Under the pieces are notes generated by a model, which searched no databases, had not been told where the DNA came from, and saw only the letters and a program-made list of their open reading frames with translations. From NCBI RefSeq assembly GCF_009914755.1, contig NC_060934.1: a DNA stretch of 64,000 nucleotides; one strand, given 5' to 3'. The translations under genes and the position numbers were made by a program. Every line of letters begins with the position of its first letter. Positions within the stretch are counted from its first letter, which is position 1. This document shows positions 15,557 through 28,528 of the stretch, one piece after another. The stretch comes from the human T2T-CHM13v2.0 reference genome, Homo sapiens.

Positions 15557-16009
15557 GGATGCAGAGGTGGAAGGGGGGTACCAGCAGCTGAACCCTCAAT
15601 CAGGTCAAGGCAGATGTATTCCCGATAGAACAGGCTGTCACCACTGACCAGCTCAGACTTAGAAATGTGCCTGTCTAGGTTTTCAGAGCAACCCCTTTCA
15701 TCACCATCTGTGAGGAGGATTCGAACTGAAAGAAGCCAGAAACAGCAGTAGCAGCGTCTCCACTGGGATGCTCCATTCATAGGGGAGCCAGAGCCGCATC
15801 CATTCATGGTGGGGTCAGGGAGTCCTTTGCGGGCATTGGTTCTCGTTTCTCAGCAAGCTGCACTTCCCGGGGGGCTGGCATGGCTGCATCGTTCAGAATG
15901 AGGATGTCTATTAAGAAGCCGTCGCCAGAGCTATTATTAGCACAGCCATCCTTTGGAAATTTCGCAGAATACGCCTGAATGTACGAACAGTTACTCTGCT
16001 AACAGGGTA
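15557..16009 (-). other. RBM47: 453-nt 5'-UTR exon (internal or alternative first exon), uORF-rich, tentatively RBM47
   Basis: Acceptor GCCTTTTTCTCCAG|T at 16010/16009, with branch-like GTAAC at 16036-16040. Donor CATCC|GTAAGT at 15557/15556. Unique non-repeat sequence with retained CpGs. Confidence 0.6.
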
Positions 16010-16539
16010 CTGGAGAAAAAGGCACCAAGTCGCTCGTTACACACAGGCAGCCCACGCAGCTTTCTCGGTGCAGCACCGGGAATCTTTTCTGAATTCAACG
16101 TGCACCAACATTTGAGCAGCTGCCTCCAATATAGAAGCACTGCATTTAGCCAATTTTAAATGAGCACGTACTAAAGGGGGTTCCCTTCTGTTCTCCTCCC
16201 CTTCCGAGCGTCCGTTTTCTCTGCATCAAACTTGCTGCAGCCATTTGGAACGTAAAAAGCAGTCCATCTTAGCAGCCCCGGGCACCGGCGATCGGCTGCT
16301 GGCCCCCGCCACCCTTGTCTGAAACGCCCTGTCCTGCACCCAAAGGAAAGGGCTCCCCTGGCACTCTGAGAAAATGGTTTTAAAAAAAGCCTACACAGCT
16401 CTGCCTAAAGCCATGTCCTTTCCTATCTCCCCGGGTAGATTCAGACAGCGTGGGACTGAGGTGCCCAAGGAAAGTAGGTGTGTGTGTGCCGAGGGGAGGG
16501 TTGCAGCAGAAAGCACAGTATGTGCCCCACGTGGGATTT

Positions 16540-17330
16540 GCATTTAAAAACTGTAACATACGCGAAATAAACGACTCCAGGCCCCCAGTAAAGAAGCAGC
16601 GGCGCGTCCCTTTTCCCCGGCCCAGCGTGAAAACACGGACGGCGAAGGGCTGCCGTCAGTCGCCTCCCTGCCACCGCGACCGGGAAACAAAGACACATTA
16701 CCTTTTATTTTTTGCGCTTCCAAGGGATCCGAGGAACTTCTGGCTGCAAGCGGCTGGTACCCCGGAACGGGCGTCCCATTCGCCCGGGCGAAGGCCCTTG
16801 GCCTACTAGGCGGCCTTGGCGCCCGCAGCTGGCGAGCCCCCGCCCCGTCCCCGCCGCCGCCCCCGCCGCGGGCCCTCGGCGTCAGCCCATAGCCCGCTCG
16901 CGCCTCTCGCGCCGAGCCTGGCCCGGCGCCAGTGAGCCCCGCCGCCGGCCCGCCCCTCGCCCGCGCCCGGCCCGCCGCATGGTGCGCCCAGCGCGCCCCG
17001 AGCCAGTCCCCGGCGCGCTGCTAGGTCGGGTGCTAGGCGGCCACCGCGCGCCACCGCCGCCGCCACCGCCCGCCGCCCGATCCTGGACAACAATGCGCGC
17101 CCCCGCCCCCCCAGAAAGCCAGGGACGCCCCCAGTCGCCGCCAGAGCTGGCTCGGCTTCCCAGCCCCTCTCCGTGGCACCCGCAGGCGAGACAAAGTTCG
17201 CTCCCGGTGAGGCTGCGCGCGTCCAAAGCGTGCGGGATGCCCAGCACGGAGGTCCCCAAGCGGGGGACCCCTGGCTCCCCCACAAAACCCACCCAAAGCC
17301 ACCGCTCGAGGCCCTCTCCTACCCTGAGAG
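16540..17330 (-). promoter_or_regulatory. CpG-island promoter / TSS region of a minus-strand gene
   Basis: Only strongly CpG-dense, GC-rich stretch in the window; GC boxes (CCGCCC/GGGCGG); strong minus-strand splice donor at its lower edge. Confidence 0.9.
16702..17030 (-). other. RBM47: Non-coding first exon (5' end approximate), tentatively RBM47
   Basis: Minus-strand donor AATAAAAG|GTAATG at 16702/16701 inside the CpG island. The gene name comes from recalled architecture (non-coding 5' exons, ~1.5 kb from the downstream donor to the island TSS, long gene-free upstream region), not from an alignment. Confidence 0.5.
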
Positions 17331-18104
17331 CCCGGAGACAGCAGCTCCCTTGGCTGAAGGCACAGCTCTTACCCCTCGATCTAGTCCAATTGTATTGAAT
17401 TTTAATCTCCCCTCAACTCTTCAATGGAAGTTGCTGCAGGATAACCGAGGCATGTGGCTATTGTCAAGGCTTCGCGACAATGACTGGGAGAGGGAGACTT
17501 CCATTGCGAGAGACCCGGGGTAGGAAAACGGGCTGACACGTTCTCTTTCCAAAAAAGAGAAACAAACTCTGGGAAGATTCCCCACCAAGAACAATAACTC
17601 AATTCACAGGGTATGTCTAAATGTTTATTGCTTGAGGAGCTCAATTTGCTCTTAGACACATTTTTTTTCATGAATTGTCAAAACACGGTGATAAAATAAA
17701 AGGGGATGCTGGCAAGAGCCTCCACTTAGCAAAAGCCGACTTGTTTCTGGGTAAAGTCTTTCTCTAGAATTTCCAACCTGCACCCATCCACTCTTCAGGG
17801 GAGAGACTGGTTTTCCTCCCACCATGGTTGATCTAGTACTTGGTAGATCTAGAAACATCATTTTCCGGAGACCGGTAGGCTCTGAGGACTTACAAACTTC
17901 GTAATAAAAAGAAATCACTCACATCCTGTCTTCCAACTGACTGAAAATTATACCTTTTTCCAGTCACAGGTCCTGTGTTGTTTTCTAAACAACACTGGTA
18001 AAAATTTTCAACAGTTCAAAAGGCCTCACCATCAATAGAAAGGGAATTGGGCATACAGTTAGCATTGGAGAAAAAAGTTGAACGCTGGTGTTAAGGACTA
18101 CCTG

Positions 18105-18342
18105 TTTTGTGTTTGTTTGTTTGTTTGTTATAGAGACAGAGTTTCACTCTGTCACCCAGGCTGGAGTGTGATGGTGTGATCACGGCTCACTGTAACCTCC
18201 CCGTCCTGGGCTCAAGTGATCTTCCTGCCTCAGCCTCCTAAGTAGCTGGGACTACAGGCACACCCCACCACACGCTGCTAATTTTTGTATTTTTTGTAGA
18301 GACGGGATCTTGTCATGTTGCCCAGGCTGGTCTTAACTACCT
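18105..18342 (-). mobile_element. AluJ (truncated)
   Basis: Antisense Alu with a (TTTG)n tail. Confidence 0.9.
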
Positions 18343-18601
18343 GTGTTATTTCAAGCTGACTGGAGACTTGATGATCTGAAGCCAGGTTCGAATGGGATTC
18401 TCAGGTACCTCTCTAAAGTCTGTGAGGCGTATTCCAATGCAAAACCCCATTTTTTGATAATGCAATTGGAGCCCATCTCCTTGTGTTCTGAGGTCCTCAG
18501 AGGGCATATTGTTTCTTTGCACGCAGACTAGTTCTAGTCCTGATTTGTTTTGACTGCAACACCTAGTAATGGACAATGAGGAAATGTTCAGACCTACAAC
18601 A

Positions 18602-18887
18602 TTTTTTTTTCTTTTTTTGAGACAGAGTCTGTCTCTGTTACTCAGGCTATAGTGCAGTGGCACAATCTCGGCTCACTGCAGCCTCCCCTCCTGGGTTCAA
18701 GCGATTCTTCTGCCTTAGCCTCCCGAGTAGCTGGGATTACAGGCACCCACCACCATGCCCGGCTAATTTTTTAGTAGAGGCGGGGTTTTGCCATGTTGGC
18801 CAGGCTGGTCTTGAACTCCTGACCTCAGGTGATCCACCCACCTTGGCCACAGTGTTGGGATTACAGGCGTGAGCCACCGCACCCAGC
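18602..18887 (-). mobile_element. AluS
   Basis: Antisense dimer; TSD-like TCAGAC flanks. Confidence 0.93.
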
Positions 18888-18989
18888 TCAGACATACATT
18901 TCTCTTCCAATATTTTGTTTCCATCCTTAGAGGAGTTGTTGAATTTTATCCACATCTACACCTCCTGCTTTCCGCCTTGGCCACTGTCG

Positions 18990-19870
18990 TATTCTGTATG
19001 TCCTAAACTGAACTTGCCTCACTGGCCAATCCTGCCTCCAGGCTCCCTCTCCTAGTAAACAGCATGCTCCCTCCTCCTCCCCAAAGCCAGAAACAGGGAT
19101 AGAGAGCTCATTTCCCTCCCTCCTTTCTCTCATTCCTCACCTGATCACGGAGCCTGTCCTCATAACTACCTCATGAAAAGTCATGAGGGCAGCCCCTTAT
19201 CCCAACAGTGCCTGAAGCTGAGTGAGCAACTGCTGGGCGCCAGGCATACTCAGGCCACATCATCTTTCACCAGGATGTCTCCAGCAGCCCTGTGAATGGG
19301 TGCTGATCTTATCTCTCTCAGATGCATTCTCCACTCCAGCTGGAGCGATTCTCCTAAATCCCAGATCTGATCCCGTAACTTTCGCTAAAAACCTGTTCAG
19401 GGCTTCCCTGGCTTTGGGGACAAAAAGTCCATATTCCTTCTGATGGCTATAAGGACCCCCTGGTCATCCAGTCTTATCTTTTGCCACCCAGCCCCACCAG
19501 AAATCGTGTCACCCCCTACCCTCCAGCTACAGAACCCTCTTCCAGGGCTCCGTATGTTCCAGGTGGTCACGCATCCGAGGATCACCCAGTAGCCCAGGCT
19601 GGAGAAAGAGCTCAGCTCACATCACTGCTCTACTTAAAGACTGCGGGTGGCTTCTCACTGCTCCTGCCACATCCTCTTTGTCTTCATCACATATTATTCA
19701 CATTTCCTGCTTCCTCTCCCTGGAAGGCCAGGCCCTGCTCCCTACCCCACTCTTTGGGTAGCTGGCTCCTGGTCGTCTTTCAGGTTCTTACTCAAATGCT
19801 GCCTCTTAGATAACCTTCGGTGACCAGCACATGGGGAATGTTTTCCCCCAGGTACTTAATATATCACCAT
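18990..19870 (+). mobile_element. L2 fragments
   Basis: Degenerate L2 motifs (ccagaaac..., tctccactccagc...ctgatcccgt...). Confidence 0.5.
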
Positions 19871-19919
19871 CCTGTTTATTTTTTTCTTAACACTTAGCCA
19901 CCATCAGGATTCACAGACC

Positions 19920-20148
19920 TGTGTGAAGGGCACAGACTGAAGCCATTCTGCCTGGGCTTGAATCTTGCCTGGCCACCCACTAGCTGTGCAAGCTTAGGCA
20001 AGTTTCTTAACCTCTCTGTGCCTCAGTTGAGAACACTCATCTATGAAATGGGGACAATAATATTGCCTACCTTGTAGGGCTGTTATGAGGATTAAACGAG
20101 TTAATATATGTAAAGCACTTAGAACAGGGTCTGGCTGAATAAGCATAA
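19920..20148 (+). mobile_element. MIR
   Basis: MIR core (ggcaagtttcttaacctctctgtgcctcagt...tgttatgaggattaaacgagttaat). Confidence 0.85.
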
Positions 20149-20161
20149 ACCTTTTGGGGCT

Positions 20162-20541
20162 TTTTAAAAAAGTTGTATTTAAGTTCAGGGGTACACGTGC
20201 AGGTTTGTTGCATAGGTAAACTAGCGTCATGGAGGTTTGTTGTACAAATTATTTTGTCACTGAGGTATTAAGCCTATTACCCATTAGTTATTTTTCCATA
20301 TCTTCCCCCTCCTCTCACCCTCTATCCTGTGATAAGCCCCATTGTGTGTTGTTCCCCTCTATGTGTCCATGTGTTCTCATCGTTTAGCTCCCATTTATAA
20401 ATGAGAACATGCAGAATTTGGTTTCTTCCTATGTTAGTTTGCTAAGGATAATGGCCTACAGCTCCATCCATGTCCCTGCAAAGGATATGATCTCATTCTT
20501 TTTTTATGGCTGCATAGTATTCCATGGTGTGTATGTGCCAT
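20162..20541 (-). mobile_element. L1PA (older subfamily) 3' end
   Basis: Antisense L1 3' UTR (ggggtacacgtgcaggtttgtt...tatggctgcatagtattccatgg). Confidence 0.9.
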
Positions 20542-20703
20542 GTTTTCACTGTATCCCCACAACCAGAACTAGTACCTGGCACAAGATCTCTTTACCCCTC
20601 CCAAAACCTTTTGTGCTTGGGGGCCTGGACTGGGAACAAATAAGAATTGAAGGAAGAAAAGCTGTATTCGAAGAATTTGAAATACTAACAGAAATAGGTC
20701 GTG

Positions 20704-21777
20704 ATGACTAAAACACCAAAAGCAATTGCAACAAAATTGACAAATGGGATCTAATCAAACTAAAGAGCTTCTGCACAGCAAAAGAAACTATCATCAGAGT
20801 GAACAGACAACCTACAGAATGGGAGAAAATTTTTGCAATCTACCCATCTGACAAAGGTCCAATATCCAGAATCTACAAGGAACTTAAACAAATTTACAAG
20901 AAAAAAACAAACAAGCCCATCAGAAAGTGGGCAAAAGATATGAACAGACACTTCTCAAAAGAAGACATTTATGCAGCCAACAAACATATGAAAAAAATCT
21001 CGTCATCACTGGTCATCAGAGAAATGCAAATCAAAACCACAATGAGATGCCATCTCATGCCAGTTAGCATGGCGATTATTAAAAAGTCAGGAAACAACAG
21101 GTGCTGGCGAGGCTGTGGTGAAACAGGAATGCTTTTACGCTGTTGGTGGGAGTGTAAATTAGTTCAACCATTGTGGAAGACAGTGTGGCAATTCCTCAAG
21201 GATCTAGAACCAAAAATCCCATTTGACCCAGCAATCCCATTACTTGGTATATACCCAAAGGATTATAAATCATTCTACTATAAAGACACATGCACATATA
21301 TGTTTATTGCAGCACTATTTACAATAGCAAAGACTTAGAACCAACCCAAATGCTAATCAATGATAGACTGGATAAAGAAAATGTGGCACATATACACCAT
21401 GGAATACTATGCAGCTGTAAAAAAGAATGAGTTCATATCCTTTGCAGAGACATGGATGAAGCTGGAAGCCATCATTCTCAGCAAACTAACACAGGAACAG
21501 AAAAACAAACACCGCATGTTCTCACTCATAAGTGGGAGTTTAATAATGAGAACACATGGACACAGGGAGGGGAACATCACACACCAGGGCCTGTCAGGGT
21601 CTGAGGGGCAAGGGGAGGGAAAGCATTAGGACAGATACCTAATGCATGTGGGGCTTAAAACCTAGATCATGGGTTAATAGGTTCAGCAAATCACCATGGC
21701 ACAGTATACCTATGTAACAAACCTGCAAGTTCTGCACATGTGTCCCAGAACTTGAAGTTAAAAAAAAAAGAAAGAAA
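20704..21777 (+). mobile_element. 5'-truncated L1PA (ORF2 C-terminus + 3' UTR + A tail)
   Basis: ORFs 20799-21338 and 21360-21629 match the L1 ORF2 C-terminus ([11 protein letters not shown]..., CWRGCGE.G.L..CWWECKL) and are interrupted by stops; TSD AGAAATAGGTCRTG at 20690-20703 and 21778-21791. Confidence 0.97.
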
Positions 21778-22446
21778 AGAAATAGGTCATGGTAAAACTT
21801 GATGAATAAAATAAAATTGAAACTTAAGTTACCTGGAAATGAAAACATAAAAAGAAATAGATTTCCTGTTTCACCAGTGGTTATCCTTGGAATTGACAGA
21901 TAAAAAGCTTTGCCAGTCAAAACTCCACAATGGTCTGTTCCCCGAAGAGCAGCCGATTCTACCACTGAGAATTCAGTCAGCTACTTGCAAAGGTTTAATC
22001 CGTTTATGCGTGAGGTTGCAAATTTTTGAATTTTTGCATGAAATTCATATATATTACCTAGAAAAATTCAAGGAACAAGAATTTGAAGAGATAAAATTTT
22101 TATTATGCCCCATTGTTCAGTTAAGTGGCATTCCAAAAATGGAACACTAGGCGTAAGTGGCTATGAATCAAAGAATATTTTGCAAAGTGCTGCTTCGCTG
22201 ACCAGCCCTAACATGTAGTTGTGATTAAATAATTTAGAGTGCTTCCATTTTCAGCTTGAGTTTAATACTTTTCGAGACTCTTTCTGCAAAGAGAAACATG
22301 GCAGCCGGGTTTATGGGCCTTTGCCTTGTGTTTTGCTGTCCTTGCCGGAGAAGAAAGAAGCAGCAGAAATACTTTTCTTTTTGTTATTTCAGTGGGTCAG
22401 CAGGATTTGGAGAGCTGAATACCTGGGGTAACCCTTGCTTCTCTTA

Positions 22447-23032
<586 letters not shown>

Positions 23033-23076
23033 GCTAAGATATGTGTCTTAGGCACAGCAAAGGATCCTGGAGTTCA

Positions 23077-23464
<388 letters not shown>

Positions 23465-23964
23465 TTGATAACGAGACCACTTCCCTGTTTAGAGGTCCAA
23501 GGTGGCCTGAGAGAGAGGGAAGAGGATGCAAATTCTTGCCATCCCAATGAATGAGGATGTAGTCAAATTTAATTGGGTTTAGAGAAATAAATTAATGTGA
23601 TTTTGTGTGTATGCCCAAAGTGATGGAGCAAAAATTCTGTCTTCTCCACTAATAACAAGTGCCAGGTTCTTAACTCTAGGATTTGAGTCACAGCTTCTCT
23701 GACCAGCTTGGAGCATACATGGGACAATTAAGAGATGATGGCTTAGCTCTGATCTTTGCTAGGGTCTCACTATTGGTGGAGAAAGATCTCTCCCACTCAA
23801 GCCTTTGTGTACTTGCCGAGCTGAGGACAGGAGACAAGGTAAGGGAGGACCTGAAGCTGGGTTGTGTAATCCTGTCCTTGGAGCTAATACCATTGGGCAG
23901 TCTTGGACTCCTTTTCCAGGGCAACCTTGAATAAGCCTCTTATTGAAGCTGTTTCTCACCTTTA

Positions 23965-24256
<292 letters not shown>

Positions 24257-24353
24257 GCCTGATAATATCTATTGCCAGCCTTATGAAGACTAGGGGTTCA
24301 ACACATATTGTTTCCAAAACCACACAACTGATAATAGTGAACAACTAACATTG

Positions 24354-24547
24354 TGGTGAGTATGTACTCTGTATTAGGCAGTGCTAGAGCTTTCCAAACT
24401 TTAATTTAATCATCATGGGATTCCTATGAGGTGGAAACTGTTCTGTCCCTTGGTGAGTATGTACTCTGTATTAGGCAGTGCTAGAGCTTTCCAAACTTTA
24501 ATTTAATCATCATGGGATTCCTATGAGGTGGAAACTGTTCTGTCCCT
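24354..24547. repeat. Perfect 97-bp tandem duplication within an antisense MIR
   Basis: 24354-24450 is identical to 24451-24547. Confidence 0.95.
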
Positions 24548-24588
24548 TTTCTACAGACAAGGAACTTGGGATGTAAAAAGGTGAAGTG

Positions 24589-24787
<199 letters not shown>

Positions 24788-25681
24788 TCAGATTTGAACC
24801 CAGAGTCGTCTTTTGGAGGCTTGAGCTCTTATTGTCCATGCTTGCCTGCCACAGGCTGTACATGTGAAATACACTGGCGGTCACAGGCAGCATGGCCACA
24901 GAATTACTTTGTATTCACTATTAACTGTGGATGGAGTCCCAGTTACAGCGGAAGACACCTGGGAATTGATAGGCTCCTGTGTCGTTCCATCAGTTCCTAA
25001 CCTGCACCATATGGACATAGCTTTACATTCCATTTTCTGTGTTTATAGTGAATAACACTGGCAAGTTTTCCTTTCATATGTCAAGCAGGTGTTAAAAATG
25101 CAGAGAGATCCCTCTGGGGCAGGTTAAAGTGCTTGGCTGGTTTCAAGTGAATCCTATTATATTTTTATACCCAATCCTTTTTGCTTCCTACTCCCAGGTC
25201 AATTAGAGGCCAATTCTGAGCCACTTCAATCAAAAAGGGATAATTCCGTCTCCTGTCATGTGTGGCCTGCGATCAAGTACTTAAAACCAGGGTCCCCGGG
25301 GTGTATGAAGAAATTATCCAATGGCTGTGTTTTATTTTGTTATTTTTTCACCAACAGCTCTGTCATTTGAAATAACTAAGTTTTATAGTTTTGTTGTGTT
25401 CTCATTACATTAGATAGTTGGTTATGATTTTTCTTGGCTGGGAATCATGATTTAGACTGCAACTCATGGCAACAAAAACCCAGAGCAAGGCTTCCTGAAA
25501 CACAGACAAGAATCAATCAAAACATCACAAGCTAATTAAAGTACCTTGGAGCCCCTGGGAGTACCTGTATTCCAGCGAGTACCACGGTATAAAATTGGTT
25601 AACATTCTAAGTATACTCAAGTACCTTCGGCTAGCTCTCTCCCTAAGGCTTTTTTGTTTATTTACTCAGAAATATGTATTA

Positions 25682-26001
<320 letters not shown>

Positions 26002-26004
26002 GAA

Positions 26005-26245
26005 GGTTAAAACTTAGTTGGCATTTACCAAGTGCCAGGTACTGATTATGTGATTTACGTATAATAACTCAGTCTTCGCAACAGCCCTCTGAGATGGGCA
26101 CTATTGTTAACCCCATTTATAGGTGAGGGAATGGAAACACAGGGAGAGGTGTGATAAGCCATCTCAGATCCTACAGACGAGAAGTCGGCCACTGCCAGTT
26201 ACCAAACTCAGGCAGTCTGATTCCAGAGCCGGTGCTCTCAACCCT
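26005..26245 (-). mobile_element. MIR
   Basis: Antisense MIR (ccccatttataggtgagggaatggaaacacag...aggcagtctgattccagagc). Confidence 0.7.
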
Positions 26246-26397
26246 AAGGTGTGTTCCTCAACCCTCAGGCATGGTCGAGTATTAGGTGGTATTGCGTCCC
26301 TTCTCGTGCCTAGCACAAATAATTATAATTTATTTATTGGCCCATTGCTTCACTGCAAAAAGCAGCTAAGGCAGAAATATTTGTAAAATTGAATGGA

Positions 26398-26701
26398 GGC
26401 TGGGTGTGGTGGCTCATGCCTGTAATCCCAGCACTTTGGGAGGCCAGGGCAGGTGGATCTGCCTTGAACCAGAGATCAGGAGTTTGAGACCAGCCTGGCC
26501 AACATGGTGAAACCTGTCTCTACAAAAAATACAAAAATTAGCTGGGCATGGTGGCGGGTGCCTATAATCCCAGCTACTCAGGAGGCTGAGGCAGCAGAAT
26601 CTCTGAGCCCAGGAGGTGGAGGTTGCAGTGAGCTGAGATCATGCCACTGCACTCCAGCATGGGCAACAGAGCGAGACTTCATCTCAAAAAAAAAAAAAAA
26701 A
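26398..26701 (+). mobile_element. AluS
   Basis: Dimer; TSD GAATGGA. Confidence 0.93.
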
Positions 26702-27086
26702 GAATGGAAAAGATTTTCAGCAAATATTCCTTTTCCTATTGTAACATCAATTATTGTGAAGGTTTATGTGCAAGTGACATCAATCTACCAATCTCTCAAG
26801 TGAGCAATAGGACTATATTGAAAGGATGGGCCAGAGCAGGAAGTAAGAGCCCCGGGACCTCCCAGCCCCAGGGAGAACAGGCGAGTGAGCTTCTCAGAGC
26901 GGGGACAGGGCAGGAAGCTGGCCCCCAGTGATGACTTGGGAGGCAATGATTTCTCCTGCCACCCCATAGAAGTCAGACCTACTCCAAATTATAATAGCAA
27001 ATAATCTGTTAATAAATAATAATATGGTTCAGGCTATCAAATTTCTAGGATTCTGATTTCACTAAATAAGAAGATAGGCTATTTAA

Positions 27087-27390
27087 TTTTTTGTATATTT
27101 GTTTGTTTTAGAGACAGGGTCTCACACTGTCATCCAGGCTGGAGTACAGTGGCGTGATCATAGCTCACTGTAACCTTGAACCCCTGAGCTCAAGTGATCC
27201 TCCTGTCTCAGCCTCCTGAGTAGCTGGGGCTACAGGCATGTACCACTATACCTGGCTAATTTTTATTTTTAAATTTTTTTGTAAAGATGGGGTCTTGCTA
27301 TGTGGCCCAGGCTGGTCTTGAACTCAAGTGATCCTCATGCCTTGGCCTCCCAAAGTGTTGGGATTACAGGCATGAGCCAGTGTGCCAGCC
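27087..27390 (-). mobile_element. AluJ
   Basis: Antisense dimer. Confidence 0.92.
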
Positions 27391-27530
27391 TAGGCTTATT
27401 TGTTGAGATGGGATTGGGTACAAAAGGTTAACATTTAGAGAGATCTCTCTGCATGGAAAATAAAAAAGTTGGAGATATCTATACATGGAGGGCATTTAGA
27501 CTTATGGAAATTGATGGTTAGGCAAAATAC

Positions 27531-27532
<2 letters not shown>

Positions 27533-27572
<40 letters not shown>
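27533..27572 (+). repeat. (GA)n microsatellite
   Basis: Directly visible. Confidence 0.97.
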
Positions 27573-27576
<4 letters not shown>

Positions 27577-27626
27577 CAGAGATGAGCCAACTGAGCCAAC
27601 ATGAGAATCCCCTGGAAGACCAGTCA

Positions 27627-28004
<378 letters not shown>

Positions 28005-28129
28005 TTAGCTTGGGTTAGGGTGTAATAATTTACATTTTTAACAGATTCCAAAGATATTGATCCTGCTGATTGGAGCTTACACTCAGCACAATTTTCCTAC
28101 CTCTTGGCTTTTACTGTGCTCCGGGCACC

Positions 28130-28528
28130 CTGTTGTCTTTACGCTTGTGCTAGCCCCAGGGCCTTTGCACTTCCATCTGCTTGGAAGGCCCTCCTCCAGA
28201 TACCAGTAGGAATCAAGCTCTTACCTTTTCAGGTCCCTGCTCAGATGTACCCTTATTAGTGAGATCTTTTCTAACCACCTTTCTTAAAAATAGCAACTCC
28301 TCCCACCTGCCCACCTCCTGCTCCCCCCGTTCCTAATCCCTTTCCTAGTTTGTCTCCATTCTTTCTTTTGCCTTCTAACAGACTGTACCATTTATTTACT
28401 TAGCTGTTTGTTTTATTACCTGTCCTTCCCACGAGAGCAGGGATTTACGTCCATTTGGCTTTTTGCTAAATCTCCTGAGCCTAGAACAGTCTTTGGAACA
28501 TACTAAACATTCAACAGATATTTGTTGA
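28130..28528 (+). mobile_element. L2 3' end
   Basis: cagggcctttgcact...cctagaacagt...gatatttgttga; continues as gaatgaatg after the Alu. Confidence 0.7.

Noticed and set aside
15557-17030. Alternative gene identities (e.g. PRICKLE2, APBB2, SH3RF1, EMP2)
   Set aside because: Their expected nearby coding exons or upstream CpG islands/neighbouring genes are not seen as I recall them. RBM47 itself remains unverified until BLAT is run.
16712-17523. Long ORFs (228, 159, 136, 116 aa) over the CpG island
   Set aside because: Open on both strands because GC-rich DNA is stop-poor; Pro/Arg/Gly/Ala low complexity; mostly non-ATG starts; no recognisable domain.
20799-21629. 179-aa and 89-aa ORFs as a gene
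   Set aside because: They are L1 ORF2 C-terminal remnants in a 5'-truncated element with stops.
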